Positions 38,714 through 54,263 of a stretch of 60,924 nt of DNA are shown piece by piece. The DNA is from Octopus bimaculoides (taxonomy: Eukaryota), in the NCBI RefSeq assembly GCF_001194135.2, contig NC_068995.1, positions 51,522,894 to 51,583,817 on the forward strand, given 5' to 3'. The notes under the pieces are model-generated. The model was not told the DNA's origin, did not search any database, and saw nothing but the letters and a program-made list of their open reading frames with translations. A program made the translations under genes and the position numbers. Positions within the stretch are counted from its first letter, which is position 1; every line of letters begins with the position of its first letter.

Positions 38714-40077
38714 TATAACAACAACAACAACAACAACAACAACAATAATAATAATAAGAAGAAGAAGAAGAATAACAATAAAAGAAATAATAGAAATAAT
38801 AATCTTTTTCGAAGAGTTAGAGAGAATACGGAGGAACCTTAATCAGGGTATTTACAGAGAAAACGCATGTAGTAGGACGGAGAAGTTACACAAAGTCATA
38901 GGGAACGGTGAAAGAGGTTATACAATATATATAAATGGACAAATTGGACAGTTGAATGTACATATACAGTCACGGTAAGTACGATAAAACTGACAATAAT
39001 TAAAGCATAGTGCCATTAAGAAAATAAAACATGAAACATTACTGGCTAGGTCGAATATGAGGACATCTCTTTCTGCATTGTTCGCACTATGTGTCACGTG
39101 CACCGAAAAGCAACATGTAATTTTCTTGGATCGGCTAAATTAAAAACAAGAAAAAAAAAAAAAGAAAAATCGCAGTCCTTGATTCACGTTCTACATCCGG
39201 CCGATGCGAAATAAAATATATGCCACGCCGAGTCAAAGGTTAATTAATAGTTCAGACTAATTACTTGTAATTAGTATTTATTCATGAAAATATGACCATC
39301 ATATTCTATTGTCTGTTAGTTGATTTAGTGGCAAAAACTCTTGACACCCGTTTACAACCTCATCTATTCTGACCAATGTGCTTGGTCGCATTGTCACTGC
39401 GTGCTGAGGCAATATCATGCTGTAGAAATGCGCAACTTCGAGTGACTAATGCCAAGTAGCGGCCTTTCAAGGCATATTACTTGCTGCTGTTGAATAAACA
39501 AATCAAGATTATATGTTTTGTCTGAAAATAAGGAATAAACAATTCAGCAACGTTTGAACAAGTTGTATCAAATTAGGGATATAACATGGAAATACAAGGT
39601 GCCAAACATCATCAGCGAAAACGCATATATATATATATATATAAATACTCACATACAAACATACACACACACACTTGTAAATACTTGAGGATCATGATGA
39701 TAATGTTGATGATGATGATGATTGCCGGTTCGAGATGTAGAAAGGATGAAGGAAGACGACACTGGAGTAAATTAATGAGCAAATCAATAAAGAAAGAAAG
39801 AAAATATGAGGTAGGAAATTAGAGAAGAAGGAAAGAAGAAAAGAGTGGAGGAGAAAGCAAGTAGCTTTACATATCGAAATATTAAGAGAATAAGTTCAAT
39901 AGCAGACATTAATGATCGAATGACACATTCGATCATTTCAATGTGTCGTAGATTTCATTTATTTATTCAATACTTTGTCAGCCATGAAGCGTCTCCCAAT
40001 TCCTCTGTATCCCAGCAACATGATGTAGAAACGGTTATTTTTAGACAACTGACAGACAAATTAAACGGCATGTGATC

Positions 40078-40142
<65 letters not shown>

Positions 40143-40565
40143 TTATCTACTGTCTGCGTATTAGTCTGTCTGCCTGTTTATCTGTCTATCTATTACACAC
40201 ACATACACACACACTATGAATCCCCAAAGGCGATATTTATCCTAATTTAATCGTGGCTCTTGTCCCGGAATACAAAACACTGCAATAGTTACCATCAGAA
40301 AAATTCCCATGTTGCCTTGCGGTGCATATCAGCATTCTTGTTTATATCGCTAGCGAGGAGATAAATCATTACCCATCGTCATTGCACCGTCTCTTTATGA
40401 TCGTATCAGATCACGTAATTTCGGCCTTTTCAGGCCTTATCAGTGGTAGGCCCTCGGGGCTGAAGGTAGTAGCGATATCACAGTTCCTTGACAGGCACTG
40501 GTACCGCAAATAGCCAGTGGGCTTATTACAAACAATTATGAACGACAGAAGCAGTATTAATACCG

Positions 40566-40763
40566 TTCTGCTAAAGGCACAAAACCTAAAATTTGTGGGA
40601 GAAGGCTAGTCGATTACATCGACCCCAGTGCTCCACTGGTACTTATTTCATCGACCCCAAGAGGCTGAAAGGCAAAGTCGACCTCGGTGGAATTTGAACT
40701 CAAACCGTAAAGGTGGGCGAAATATCGCTAAGCATTTTGTCCAGTGTGCTAACGATTCTGCCA
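40566..40763 (-). mobile_element. SINE A
   Basis: GTCGATTACATCGACCCCAGTG..GGCAAAGTCGACCTCGGTGGAATTTGAACTC..GCTAACGATTCTGCC. Confidence 0.88.
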
Positions 40764-41565
40764 CATCATTTGAATCTTAAACATTAAAGACTTCATTCAT
40801 ACATTTCTATACATACATACCTTTTTGAATGCCCATTAATCCGATAATTCTGCATTTTTACAGTTACACTTTTTCCATGGCACCTCTTGAGACACATGCT
40901 CATCCTCTTTCTGATGTGTCTATGGTGTTTCAGCTTTATATTGTGATATGAGTATTGCATCAATACTTAGCTCTTTATTTTGGGAGAGAATCCTAAACAA
41001 CATCAATTATTAAATAGTAATCGTTTATGTCTGCCGGTGTGTATTGCAATCGCTACTTGTTGTAAGTACATGGTCATTCTATGAGAAAGTGTTGTACTCG
41101 TATGGCCATTGTAACAAGGTCGGAGTTTAAGAATTTCATTGTTCCAAACTGCAAGGGTCTTATACTGGAATACGAACACCCTAATAAGAAAGATTAAACT
41201 GGATCGTAGTCATTTTGTAACATAGCACACACGGACACGCATAGAAGTAAACACACAAACGAACACACGTGTATATATACGTATATATACGTATTACATA
41301 CATGTAGAAAAAGTAATTCAGTGATATTTATATGCTTGTTAATTATCAGTCATTGTTGAAATGAACAATTGACCAAAGTGTCACTATCGTATCATTGGAA
41401 ACATAGCCAATCATAGACCTTGATCTCCATATACCTACCTACCTACCTACCTACCTACCTACCTACCTACATACCTACCTACATACATACATACATACAT
41501 ACACACACACATACTTATCTGTTTGTCAGCCTATCTTTCTCTCGTTCGCGCGCTCTCTCTCCCTC

Positions 41566-41635
<70 letters not shown>

Positions 41636-41702
41636 CATACATACATACATATATATATATAAGTATATGTATATAAAGAGATACACTTGTACACAGACGC
41701 AC

Positions 41703-41784
<82 letters not shown>

Positions 41785-42185
41785 AGTATCCATCAAGATG
41801 TGATCTATTGGTCGTTATATATCCAGATAATTGTTGCTGGTTATATATATCAATGGATAATGGAAGTTATTTAATTACAGTTCTTTTGTTCCTTGTTCAT
41901 CCGCCCTTATTGATATTGACCATTGGTGTGTGACGTTTGAGTCACCTTATTAAATCAAAATCCGGTTGCTTAATTTAGCTCACTAATCACCTGATCAAGG
42001 CAGTAGCCACAGTGCAGTAGGGCAGAAGTGCGTAGTTGTATGTGGTCATTCGTCCTGCTAGACATAGCAACCAAATTCCATAAACATCACACCCTCCTGT
42101 TTTAAAAGAGGAAATGGAACATTGAATAGTTTGGCTCTCGATACGTAAAAAGAACAGGATGTTTGCAAGCTTTGGCCATACGTTT

Positions 42186-42245
42186 ATCTGTCCTTGTTTG
42201 TCCCCTCTATGTTTAGTCCCTTGTGGGAAATAAAGAAATAAGAAA
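42186..42245 (+). mobile_element. isolated SINE A tail type 1
   Basis: TCTGTCCTTGTTTGTCCCCTCTATGTTTAGTCCCTTGTGGGAAATAAAGAAATAAGAAAC matches 19110-19170. Confidence 0.85.
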
Positions 42246-42289
42246 CGGTGTGTAAATTTTGTATGAGGTTTGCATTTACGACAGGTTTG

Positions 42290-42440
42290 TATCGCCCCAC
42301 TTGCGTCTATCAAGTTCCACTCACAATGCGTTGGCCAACCCGATGGCATGAAACAAAGTACTTGTCGAAAGTACCATGAAATGGGATCAGATTCAGTGCC
42401 ACGTCTTGGGAAAAGAGCACCTTAACCATGCAGCCACGTC
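42290..42440 (-). mobile_element. decayed SINE B head
   Basis: TTCCACTCACAATGCGTTGGCCAACCCG..TTAACCATGCAGCCACG. Confidence 0.55.
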
Positions 42441-43302
42441 ATCATTTGACCTACATGCAAGGCCAGTAAAACTGACCATACGACAATCTATCCCCCTGTC
42501 TTGTCAGTGAGCCATTCATACCATGTATTACCTATCTACATCCACTTAGATTCCGATATTGACTATAATTATGCGATATTGTCCCACCAATTGTATTCTA
42601 ATTATCGTTTCATCTTTGACAATAAAGCATTTTATTGTGAGCTACACCGACAAATTAAGAGATTTTTGTGAATATTTGAAAAAAAATTATCATTTATGGT
42701 TTTCACTTTACTAAAGAAAAAGATTCATTTTATATTTCTGTAACTTTTCTTTCTTCCTCTCAGCAATAAACTATCTTTCTCCACCTACATAAGTGCACCC
42801 ACATATACATTAACGCGCTCTTATCTAAAATATATGTATACAGATGCGCTTAAACACATTTTTAACACATATGCACATACATATGTTTGTGTATGTGTGA
42901 GTGCGTCAGATTGTATACACCCACTTGCTGATCTGAATACACATTAGTACGTTCTCGTCTTCTGGAAGAAGTCGCGTTGGCGTTTTTTGTTATCTTTTTA
43001 CTATCCAAAATGATTTCACCTAGAAAATGAAATCATGAAGATTAAAATTTTTTGGTAATGGATTCGGGATCCCTTGTGTTCTGAACTAGTTGTATGAAAC
43101 TCGTAGAAAAATGAGAAGAAAAATATTTTTTGATAGATCATACAGACTCGCGTATGTGTATTGTGTGTGTATATATTTATATCTATCTATCTATCTATCT
43201 CTATTTTTCTTTCTCTCATTCTCTCTCACATTCACTGTCTCTCTCTCTAAATATATATATGTATGCACATAAACACACACGCGCGCACGCACACGCGCGC
43301 AC

Positions 43303-43361
<59 letters not shown>

Positions 43362-43370
43362 TGTACGTAT

Positions 43371-43503
43371 ACTTTCTCTCAATCCTTTCTGTTGAACAGC
43401 GTAGGCTCGAAACGTCAAAGTTTCTTCAATTTTTCCAGAACGTTAATCTAATACATTTGCTTGCTCCTTCACCTGTCTTTGTCTTCTGTTATCTGTAAAT
43501 TTG
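43371..43503 (+). mobile_element. diverged copy of the hammerhead-bearing (TA)n-associated element
   Basis: CTTT-CTGTTGAA-CAGC(GTAG)GCTC-GAAACGTC-AAAG at 43385-43420; downstream CACCTGTC..GTCT..TGTTA aligns with the reverse complement of 57880-57960; ends at (TA)n. Confidence 0.7.
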
Positions 43504-44291
43504 ATATATATATATATATATGTAAACACACACGCACACACATATACATGTTTAGAGAGACAGAAAGAAAGATGTGATATGGGTGTGTATGTGCTTGTGT
43601 GTATTAATCGATGTAAGTGGTACCAATTGATGTAGTATTGTGGTATTGCTTCCTCTTTCATCTTCACAAAGTCCCCATTATCACATTTTAAATAACCTTT
43701 CGCTTTAATAATGCTTAGGAATTGCTGGAGAAATGCATAAATATCTCAATTTCTCAGTAAATGAGGAATCCGAAATATAGCCGAATTTCTAAATGAATTT
43801 CCATCAAATACTGTTCTTTTGAATATAACACCCACACGAGCATACGCAGAAACAACGATTCACACACAGACGCATACACGCATATAACGGTATCTACTTA
43901 TACACACGACTGTGTATCTGCACACATTTTCCGGAACACATTTATTGAGATAACAGTGCACGGTTGACGAAGACTTAGGTATGCTGAGAATCATCTGTAC
44001 ATTATAAAGATTAGCTAATTAAAATAATACATACTAACATCCATATATTCAGACACACAGATTATGTAGGTGTGTGTGTGTATGTGTGTGTCTATGTGTA
44101 TTTGCATGCAAATACGGCGTGTAGGTGCATATGTACGTAGGTGCTTATGTGTAGGTGTGCGTGGTATGATATTCGATAAAATTATTCGCATGTGTAATGT
44201 ACACCAATTTATAGACATTTATACGTATAGCGAGGCTGTACACATCATACTTACATCCATACAACATAATATATACGTGTGTGTTTGTGTG

Positions 44292-44329
<38 letters not shown>

Positions 44330-44471
44330 TATGCATACATATATATGTATATACATACACACACATATATTTAATATATACATACATACACATACGCACA
44401 CATATATATATTATATATATTTATATATATATATATATATACATGCACACGCATGTGTGTGAATATATGTA

Positions 44472-44519
<48 letters not shown>

Positions 44520-44768
44520 CATTATTCTTCCTTTGTGTCCATACCTATTGTTCATCCCACCAGATATTTCATTGGCTTCAACCCACAAGCTTCCGACATG
44601 TATTATACTTTCCTCTAAACATTCCCCCCCTCTCTCTCTTTCTCTCTCTTCCTTCCTTTCTTTCGTCCTTTACCTGATTCCCTTAATCATTTTCTCTTTA
44701 CCTCTTTCCTTTGGCTTCAATTTCAAAACCTTTCCATAGGAGTTCAATTTCTTGATATCATAGCTTAT

Positions 44769-45160
44769 GTTGTTGTTGTTAGCACTCCGTCGCTTACGAC
44801 GTCGAGGGTTCCAGTTGGTCCGATCAACGGAACAGCCTGCTCGTGAAATTAACGTGCAAGTGGCTGAGCACTCCACAGACACGTGTACCCTTAACGTAGT
44901 TCTCGGGGGATATTCAGCGTGACACAGTGTGACAAGGCTGACCCTTTGAATTACAGGCACAACAGAAACAGGAAGAAAGAGTGAGAGAAAGTTGTGGTGA
45001 AAGAGTACAGCAGGGTTCGCCACCATCCCCATGCCGGAGCCTCGTGGAGCTTTAGGTGTTTTCGTTCAATAAACACTCAGAACGCCAGGTCTGGGAATCG
45101 AAACCGCGATCCTCCGACCGCGAGTCCGCTGCCCTAACCACTGGGCCATTGTGCCTCCAC
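44769..45160 (-). mobile_element. SINE C, full length and well preserved
   Basis: tRNA-like head TGGCCCAGTGGTTAGGGCAGCGGACTCGCGGTCGGAGGATCGCGGTTTCGATTCCC, body, tail GTCGTAAGCGACGGAGTGCT followed by (AAC)n. Confidence 0.92.
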
Positions 45161-45758
45161 ATGTATACATGCATACATATATATACACATACAGGCACAC
45201 ATACATACATACATATATATATATATACACACGTGCATATGTATATATATAAACAATATATTCACATATACACATGAATAAACTACTCCAAGAAATACAG
45301 TGTCTTAAAAATTTTAAACAGTACAACCACATCTGGTGAGGCTTATGTTATGTATATATAAGTCTGCTAAATTAAATTCCGAGTTGGTGACTGTGCCAGA
45401 ACAGCAAAGGCAGCAATAAAATTCGAAGCCGCGCATCGTTTTCTGTATAGCAAATTTATATAGAAGATGGAAAAGAGAAGTGTAAGTCATTTCCCGTGTA
45501 TATTTGGCTTCAGTAGCAGGCAACATGATAGGAAAACTAAAAGAAAGCAAGTGAAATATATGGAGGAGATGGTTTTCAAGTGGTTGGTTCCATTAATTAC
45601 TCGTACAAACATTAATTTTAATGTGAACATGAAACCTTTGTTATGGTGTGGGCTACGTGTCTAAAGCTCTGATCGTAATAATAATAACAAAATAAAACTT
45701 GAGATAATCTAGCAGAGCTTCGCAGAAAGCAAAGCAAGAAAAAAAGGGGGTATATATA

Positions 45759-45789
<31 letters not shown>

Positions 45790-46438
45790 TTGTATTTGAA
45801 GGAATCTGTAAACAGGTGAAAGTTGTAACCCCTGCCAACCAGTTACTTCTGCCAGCTATATGGCTTGATATTGCCCCATATCTGCTTGCTCTGATTTCTG
45901 TGAAGCTCTGGAACATACATACATACATACATACACGCGTGCACACACATACACGAACATACGCACATACACTTACATACATACATATGTGTATATTCAC
46001 ATGTATCTATATTATGTTTCTATATATGTATATATATGCACAAATACATACACATACATGCATACATACATTACATACATACATACATACATACATACAT
46101 GCATTCATACATTCATATATATATCACTGAAGAATAGCATATAAGGCCAGCTGTATCTTTTATGATGTTCCTTCTTCGTTGTCACAGGACCTTCTAGAAA
46201 TAGCAGTCAAATCTCCCTATATTCTACCGTTTTGATAAGGTAGTCCAGAATACACCAAATCCTGAAAGATAAAGCTAGGTGGAGCATGGATGCATTGTAC
46301 CTGAATTTATTCCTGTTTGGTACTGACCAGGGGCTAAATAACACCACCACCACCAACAACAACAACAACAACAGTTGTTTCTTTTTAGTGTTGCATGTTT
46401 CCGGCTTTATACAGCAAATTTATTTTATCCCCCTTTTT

Positions 46439-46968
46439 AGAATCGTTACAGCGTCGAACAAAATGCCTTCTGAGTTCGAATCACGCCGTGTCAACATCGC
46501 CTTACATCCTTTGCCAAAAGTTGAGTCCATAATATGGCAGCGAGGTCGCAGAAGCTTTAGGACCTCGGACGAAATGCGTAGCAACATTTCTTCCGGCTAT
46601 TTACGATCTGCGTTGAAATTTCACTGAGGTCGAATTTATCTTTCAGGGTCGATAAAATAATTGCCAATTGAGCGATAGGATCAATGTAATCAACTTACCT
46701 CCTTTCCTAAAACTGCTGATGTCATGCCATAATTTGACACGATGAGGTGGGTGGTGACCTGACCGAAGCGTAAGCACGTCGGAGAAAATGCATAGCGGTA
46801 TTTCTTCTGGTTTATCACTTTCTGAGTTCAAATCTCGCCAAAGTAAACTTTGCCTTTCGTCCTAAGTGTACCGATAAAATAAAGTAGCAGTCAAGTTCTG
46901 GGGTCGATGTAATTGATTTGCCCGCTCCACCTAAAAGTATCGACCTTGTGACAACATATGAAATCTTT
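46439..46968 (+). mobile_element. three tandem decayed SINE A units
   Basis: B-box/core motifs recur near 46470, 46615 and 46825 (GAGTTCGAATC, GTTGAAATTTCACTGAGGTCG, GAGTTCAAATCTCGCC). Confidence 0.75.
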
Positions 46969-47564
46969 AATGTTACTATCATCTCATTACCATTCGGATG
47001 ATTTTGCTCCAGTCCGCAAATAGATACATTAAAAAAAATCTATCTGTACAAAAGTAAATACAAAAAAAATGTAGAATTTGAAGCGTAATCATGGCCACAT
47101 CATCATTAACACATTTTGCTCTGGATTTCTGAAGGCTGTAATCTTATTTTCTGTACATAAAATTTGCCAATTTTTTTTTTCACAAATCAAAAAGATTTAT
47201 TTTTATACTTACTTCACGAAAAATTTTTTAGAAAATAAATAAATAAAATTTATAATTACCCGAAAAGCATAGATTTTGTTTTTCACCATCTCAAGATTTT
47301 CAAGTATTTATTCTTATATATTTTGTTTTTATTGTAGTTTAATGGAGGTTATTTTCTCATGAAACTGCAAAAGCACGAAATACTTTAAAGATGCACATAC
47401 ACAGAGCATCTATGGCTTCCCATAAAAGGATCCGTTCAGATTCTCTTTCTGTGTCTTTCTGGACCTTTTTTTTTTCCCCCCTTTCGCTGTCTCTCATTAT
47501 CGTCATTCTTCTGTAAGAACACACATACACAAACACCACAGAGTACACTTGCTGGTTCTTTATC

Positions 47565-47566
47565 TG

Positions 47567-47633
<67 letters not shown>

Positions 47634-47634
47634 G

Positions 47635-47668
<34 letters not shown>

Positions 47669-47786
47669 GATGTATGAATGTATGCATCTATCTATCCGTT
47701 ATTTCTTTCTAAGTCTATGTATGTATGTATGTANNNNNNNNNNGTATGTATGTATGTATGTATGTATGTATGTATGTATGTATGTG

Positions 47787-47871
<85 letters not shown>
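47565..47871. repeat. (CTAT)n/(GTAT)n compound tetranucleotide array
   Basis: Direct reading. Confidence 0.95.
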
Positions 47872-47875
<4 letters not shown>

Positions 47876-47990
47876 ATTCCGTTTTTACTTTTCCATTCTT
47901 TCTCTTCTTGTAGTTCTGGTTTTCTCTCTCACTTTCTTCTTACCTCTTTTTATCACCTTCCTTCAATATTTCACCTCCTCNNNNNNNNNN

Positions 47991-48036
<46 letters not shown>

Positions 48037-48706
48037 CTCCGTCTCCCTCTTTCTAAACATTAAAGTCTTTTACCATTTAAATAGTCCTAGAACTCTTACA
48101 TCTTTTAACGTTTGGATTTTTTTGCAACCCTCATGTTACCGATATCGTTCTCGTTGTTATTATTTCATCGTAATTCTTGCTGTTGTTGCTATCGCTGCCG
48201 CCGATCACGCTGTATATGATGCTAATGTTGCAGTTGGCAGTTTATTAACGGTACATAGATAGTGCTTCGAAATGCTAATTTCCCAGCTTTGTAACATTCT
48301 AGATCATACGACCTGGAATTTATAGTTTCTCTTCTTTAACTCTTTGAACTTATGATATTTTAAAACGAAGCTCTTGGAAAGATCTGTTAGCACTACGTTG
48401 TGATGTTTCTAAATCTTTATTATTTTTATTATTATTATCATTTTTTTTGTAGCTTTAGCTTTTTATTCCATCCGCCTCATTAATAAAACCAAGAACGATA
48501 TTCTCGTATCTCATAATCAATTCCAACTGTCGTTACATGGTTAATGATAACTATCAGCAGAAGGCTTCGGTTGATATTTTTTATTTATTTTCATCCATAA
48601 GAAACACCAAACAAACAAACAAAATTTACAGAACCATTAAGTGGTGATTACATTAAACTATCGTCATGTGAAGTAAGAGAAACTCAGCGCACGTACGCAC
48701 ACAGAT

Positions 48707-48707
<1 letters not shown>

Positions 48708-48791
<84 letters not shown>
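48708..48791. repeat. (CA)n microsatellite
   Basis: Direct reading; many other CA/TA/TG arrays in the window are not itemised. Confidence 0.97.
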
Positions 48792-48794
<3 letters not shown>

Positions 48795-49454
48795 AGACAC
48801 GCAAATATATATATGTATGTATATATTTGTATTTATATATACTTCTATATATGTGCGTATGTACACACACCCACACATGCATATATATATATGTGTGTGT
48901 GTGTGTGTGTATAAATATCTGCATCTATATATGCTTCTATGTATGTGTGTGTATACTCACACACACAAACATACACACATAAAATCAAAGTAATGCCATC
49001 ACACCCTTCCCAGTACCCCACCTATCATATCTGCAAGGAAAAGAGGGTAAGTGAAAATAACTCATGAACCAAAAGTCATTTGACCTCTTAGAAAAAAACA
49101 AAAAACAAAAACAAAACAAAAATCCCTTTTAGTTCCTATAATGGAATACAACTAAGAGTAGCGTTGTTATCTTCAAAACCCCTCGGGAGTTAGAGTCCGT
49201 TCAGACTCCACCCGATGCAAGGTTGCTGCATGTTACCTCCACATTCATCACGTTCCTTTACAATGCTGGCAAGGTGACAAACCACGAGTTCAATATCGGG
49301 ACATTCGTAGTTTTTTTACCTCATATACAGGAGAACCCTACGTCAGTCAAGAAAACAAGATGGCCGTTTTTTCATTCCTGGCCGTAGCTTCTAACTGGTG
49401 CAATGCCTTAAATTTGGCGATAATGTTTAAGTAGATTTTTATCAACATCAAAAT

Positions 49455-49970
49455 TTCACTGCTACTTTATTTTATGGACCTCAGAAGGGGGAAAGACAAA
49501 GTCAACCTGAGTGAGATATGAACATAAAAAGTAAAGATCGTTGAAACGGTTTCGCCATCATCTCCACTCATTCTACAAACCTAAACATCTAAATAGTTTA
49601 TTGCCAAGAAAAATTAATGAAATAAGCTCTTCACGGTGCTGATATACCTTTATCGATCCCACGTGGACGAAACGCATAACTAACGATATCAAGATTTGAT
49701 GTCTTACGATTAGAACCGAAACAAAACAGAAGCAAATCATTTTATTCTGCAATCTACAGTTAACTGTTACTCTATTGTCCGTCTATTGAACACCATATCG
49801 CCGCCTCTAGTACTCTTAGTGTTTAGCAAAGGCACAGCATTATAAACTTCTGGTGAAAATACACGAAACCTCGTTACCACACTGATAATTGTTTGTAGTC
49901 CCGGAAAAATGGAACACTTTTACCTCGTTCGGATTTGAACTCAGAACGGAAAAAATACCCATTGCTTAAC
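49455..49970 (-). mobile_element. two very decayed SINE A remnants (about 49455-49530 and 49885-49970)
   Basis: GACAAAGTCAACCTGAG and GGATTTGAACTCAGAACG motifs. Confidence 0.45.
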
Positions 49971-50207
49971 TATACGTAAAGTTTTCTATAACGATTAGTG
50001 TCGAGTTTTGTCTATATAATCGATCATGTCAACCTTTTCTTTCAGCTTTAAAACATTTATTGGCGTGCGGCTATATTTTAATCAATATTCTAATGAATCG
50101 GTAATATTTTGTATCCAATATATTGGCTTCGTTTAATCAGATACAAAAGCACTTTTATATCTATGTCATACCGCATCTATGATGTCGTTTATTTAAAAAC
50201 TATTATG

Positions 50208-50248
<41 letters not shown>

Positions 50249-50830
50249 TCTTGTCGTTACTAACATTGCTGTGGTTGCCCCCACTGTTGTTATTGTTGTT
50301 GCTCTTCTTCTTCTTCTTCTTGTTCGTCTTCTTCTTCTTCTTCTTCTTCTTCTTCTTCTTCTTCTTCTTCNNNNNNNNNNNNNNNNNNNNNNNNNNNNNN
50401 NNNNNNNNNNNNNNNNNNNNNNNNNNNNNNNNNNNNNNNNNNNNNNNNNNNNNNNNNNNNNNNNNNNNNNNNNNNNNNNNNNNNNNNNNNNNNNNNNNNN
50501 NNNNNNNNNNNNNNNNNNNNNNNNNNNNNNNNNNNNNNNNNNNNNNNNNNNNNNNNNNNNNNNNNNNNNNNNNNNNNNNNNNNNNNNNNNNNNNNNNNNN
50601 NNNNNNNNNNNNNNNNNNNNNNNNNNNNNNNNNNNNNNNNNNNNNNNNNNNNNNNNNNNNNNNNNNNNNNNNNNNNNNNNNNNNNNNNNNNNNNNNNNNN
50701 NNNNNNNNNNNNNNNNNNNNNNNNNNNNNNNNNNNNNNNNNNNNNNNNNNNNAACATAGCGTAAATGCTTTTTCGTTCCAACATATTACTGAGGTTGCAA
50801 AAACACGGAAAAGATAAGAACAAAAAAAGC

Positions 50831-50862
<32 letters not shown>

Positions 50863-51477
50863 CCCCAAAACCACCCCGTCTTCCCTGTTCGTATGTGCAA
50901 TCGGACCGGACGCAATGGATCTCTGTGAGGTGTAGGGACGGATTAATTCAAACGCATAACTTACAGGAGAATGAAACCTAACACTGTTAAAGAATGTTTA
51001 TCTGGAATTCTACAGATTTTTTTCTCCATGCCATGCCATGCCAAACTACACCATATCAATGATTCTTCACCCCTAACCCGATCGGCTTTCAATAATATAA
51101 ACTGAACGAAATAAATCTACGTAGTTTCGTTATTGACTGATAACGACAGAGTAAATGCAAGTTTAAGTCTTTAATTCAAAGTGCGTGTAAAGGAATGTTA
51201 CCCTGGGCTGTCATTCATGTATGGCATACATACGTACAGCGCCTGCATACATACGCACGTAGATGCATGCGTAGGTATGGAGTCTATGTACGCAAATGCA
51301 TACAAGCGTGCATTCATTTATCTGTGCATATATATATTGCGCAGATACATATAGATATACAAATACACACACACACATACATGCGTAAATATATATATAT
51401 AAATATATATAAATGGATGCTTGTACATATATATATATGTGTGTGTGTGTGTGTGCGCGCGCGTGTTCCCACGTTTA

Positions 51478-51523
<46 letters not shown>

Positions 51524-53094
51524 NNNNNNNNNNNNNNNNNNNNNNNNNNNNNNNNNNNNNNNNNNNNNNNNNNNNNNNNNNNNNNNNNNNNNNNNNNNNN
51601 NNNNNNNNNNNNNNNNNNNNNNNNNNNNNNNNNNNNNNNNNNNNNNNNNNNNNNNNNNNNNNNNNNNNNNNNNNNNNNNNNNNNNNNNNNNNNNNNNNNN
51701 NNNNNNNNNNNNNNNNNNNNNNNNNNNNNNNNNNNNNNNNNNNNNNNNNNNNNNNNNNNNNNNNNNNNNNNNNNNNNNNNNNNNNNNNNNNNNNNNNNNN
51801 NNNNNNNNNNNNNNNNNNNNNNNNNNNNNNNNNNNNNNNNNNNNNNNNNNNNNNNNNNNNNNNNNNNNNNNNNNNNNNNNNNNNNNNNNNNNNNNNNNNN
51901 NNNNNNNNNNNNNNNNNNNNNNNNNNNNNNNNNNNNNNNNNNNNNNNNNNNNNNNNNNNNNNNNNNNNNNNNNNNNNNNNNNNNNNNNNNNNNNNNNNNN
52001 NNNNNNNNNNNNNNNNNNNNNNNNNNNNNNNNNNNNNNNNNNNNNNNNNNNNNNNNNNNNNNNNNNNNNNNNNNNNNNNNNNNNNNNNNNNNNNNNNNNN
52101 NNNNNNNNNNNNNNNNNNNNNNNNNNNNNNNNNNNNNNNNNNNNNNNNNNNNNTATATACATATGTGTATATCTATTTATATATGTATATGTATTTATTT
52201 AGGTATATATATATATATATATATTATATGTATGTGTGTGTATGTATATATATATGTATATATATATATTCTATATTTTTAAGATGGGTTTATAAACATC
52301 CGGGAGATACCTCCACATATAGTCACTCCCTTCTCCCCACGCACATGCATATACACTACATACACATATACATACATGCATATACACATATACATACACA
52401 CATACACACATATATAGAAACACACACGCACACACATAGATGCATGCACTCTCACGCACACATACACACACATACGAAGAAACAGGAATGTTGGAATTCT
52501 GTGTGTCTGCACTGAAGCTTGTGTGGTTTGTGTGAGAACTTGCGTGCGCATATAAATGCGCGCATTTCTAAGTGCGCATCTGTGCGTATGCATTTAGATA
52601 TATACATATATATATATGTGTGTGTGTGTGTGTATGTGTATTCCTCCGAGGTGAAGGGGTCACTGTAAATAGTACATGGCTAACACAAAACAATATGGAT
52701 GTAATGATCGTTTGGCATGTAAAATTCGTGGGAAAACGTCCAACATATTACACTAACATTGTCATAACAGACATATTCTGAGTAAACGGAACAAAATCCG
52801 AGCAACACACCGCACCATACAACCAAACATTCTCCCACAAACACCCCCGATGTATAGAATTCCTAAAATACAGTTTATCTCCTTATATAATATAATGCAG
52901 GCGCCAAAGTGGCTTGTTTTTGTCAATAGTTTTGAATATATTATTTAAATGAGTGCATTTGCTTTCCATGTATTATCGGTTTTCAGGTCTTTGACTTCAA
53001 TATTGTTGTTCTTTTAAGATTTTTCCTTGTTTTATACATACATGTATAAAACATATATTATATATTTATATATATGTATGCTTGGTTATGCATA

Positions 53095-53147
<53 letters not shown>

Positions 53148-53399
53148 NNNNNNNNNNNNNNNNNNNNNNNNNNNNNNNNNNNNNNNNNNNNNNNNNNNNN
53201 NNNNNNNNNNNNNNNNNNNNNNNNNNNNNNNNNNNNNNNNNNNNNNNNNNNNNNNNNNNNNNNNNNNNNNNNNNNNNNNNNNNNNNNNNNNNNNNNNNNN
53301 NNNNNNNNNNNNNNNNNNNNNNNNNNNNNNNNNNNNNNNNNNNNNNNNNNNNNACATACATGCATATACACATATATATAAATACAAGCTGAGAAACAG

Positions 53400-53438
<39 letters not shown>

Positions 53439-53690
53439 TATACCTATATGTGTATACATATATATACACACATCTGTGTGTATGTGTGTGAATGTATGTG
53501 TGTATGTATTTATGTGTGTGTGTATGTATATATGCACACAAACGTGGAAGTAGGTTGAATGAATGAGAAATGAGCGAAACTCGAGATAAAAATTCAGTTT
53601 GAATGAATTGTATGTATGTGTATGTATACACACACGCGCACACACACACATTCACACAAGCAGCTACACACACATATAGACATATACATA

Positions 53691-54225
53691 TACAGGGTCC
53701 TCCAAAAAATGTATATACACTGCAAGGAAAGAAAAATATGTAGAAGTATTTCAGTGATAAATGTATTCAGAAATCAGGGCATTAATACAAAGCTATATTT
53801 AACCTCTGAAATTGCAAGAGATGCTGAAAGTAGTAGCCAGTAGTTCCGAAACCATTGCTTGGGCAATGATGGCCAAAATATCCAGTAGTATTACTGCACA
53901 CACTGCCTCTGCGTGGTCAGTTTTCACGTGACTTTTTCTTTGGGTTGGTTAAAATAACAAGTCTACTGTACCAAATCAAAGACGTTGGAAGAACTTATGT
54001 CTCATTCCATCCCACAAGACTTTCTGGTGATTCTCAGCTGATGCAATTCCTGGGCGACTCAAATTTTAAATAAAACCCCATACTAAAATCCTTCCTCTCA
54101 TATCCATTTCTTTGTAAAAAATCTATAAATGATTAATAAATAATCAATAAATAATTATTTTTAAAATGATTAAGTAATAAATAAATTATAAGTATTTAAA
54201 AATAGGGAGTTACTTTTCAATCACC

Positions 54226-54230
<5 letters not shown>
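53691..54230 (+). mobile_element. internally deleted Tc1/mariner-superfamily element
   Basis: Termini TA-CAGGGT (53691) and ACCCTG-TA (54230); residual frameshifted DFF-WGWLK*QVYCTKSKTLEEL at about 53930-53997, resembling the DFFLWGYLK..VY..TLEEL transposase motif. Confidence 0.75.

Positions 54231-54263
<33 letters not shown>

Noticed and set aside
45075-45160. tRNA-like fold on the minus strand
   Set aside because: It continues into a SINE body and (AAC)n tail, so it is the SINE C head, not a tRNA gene. The same applies to the other SINE heads.
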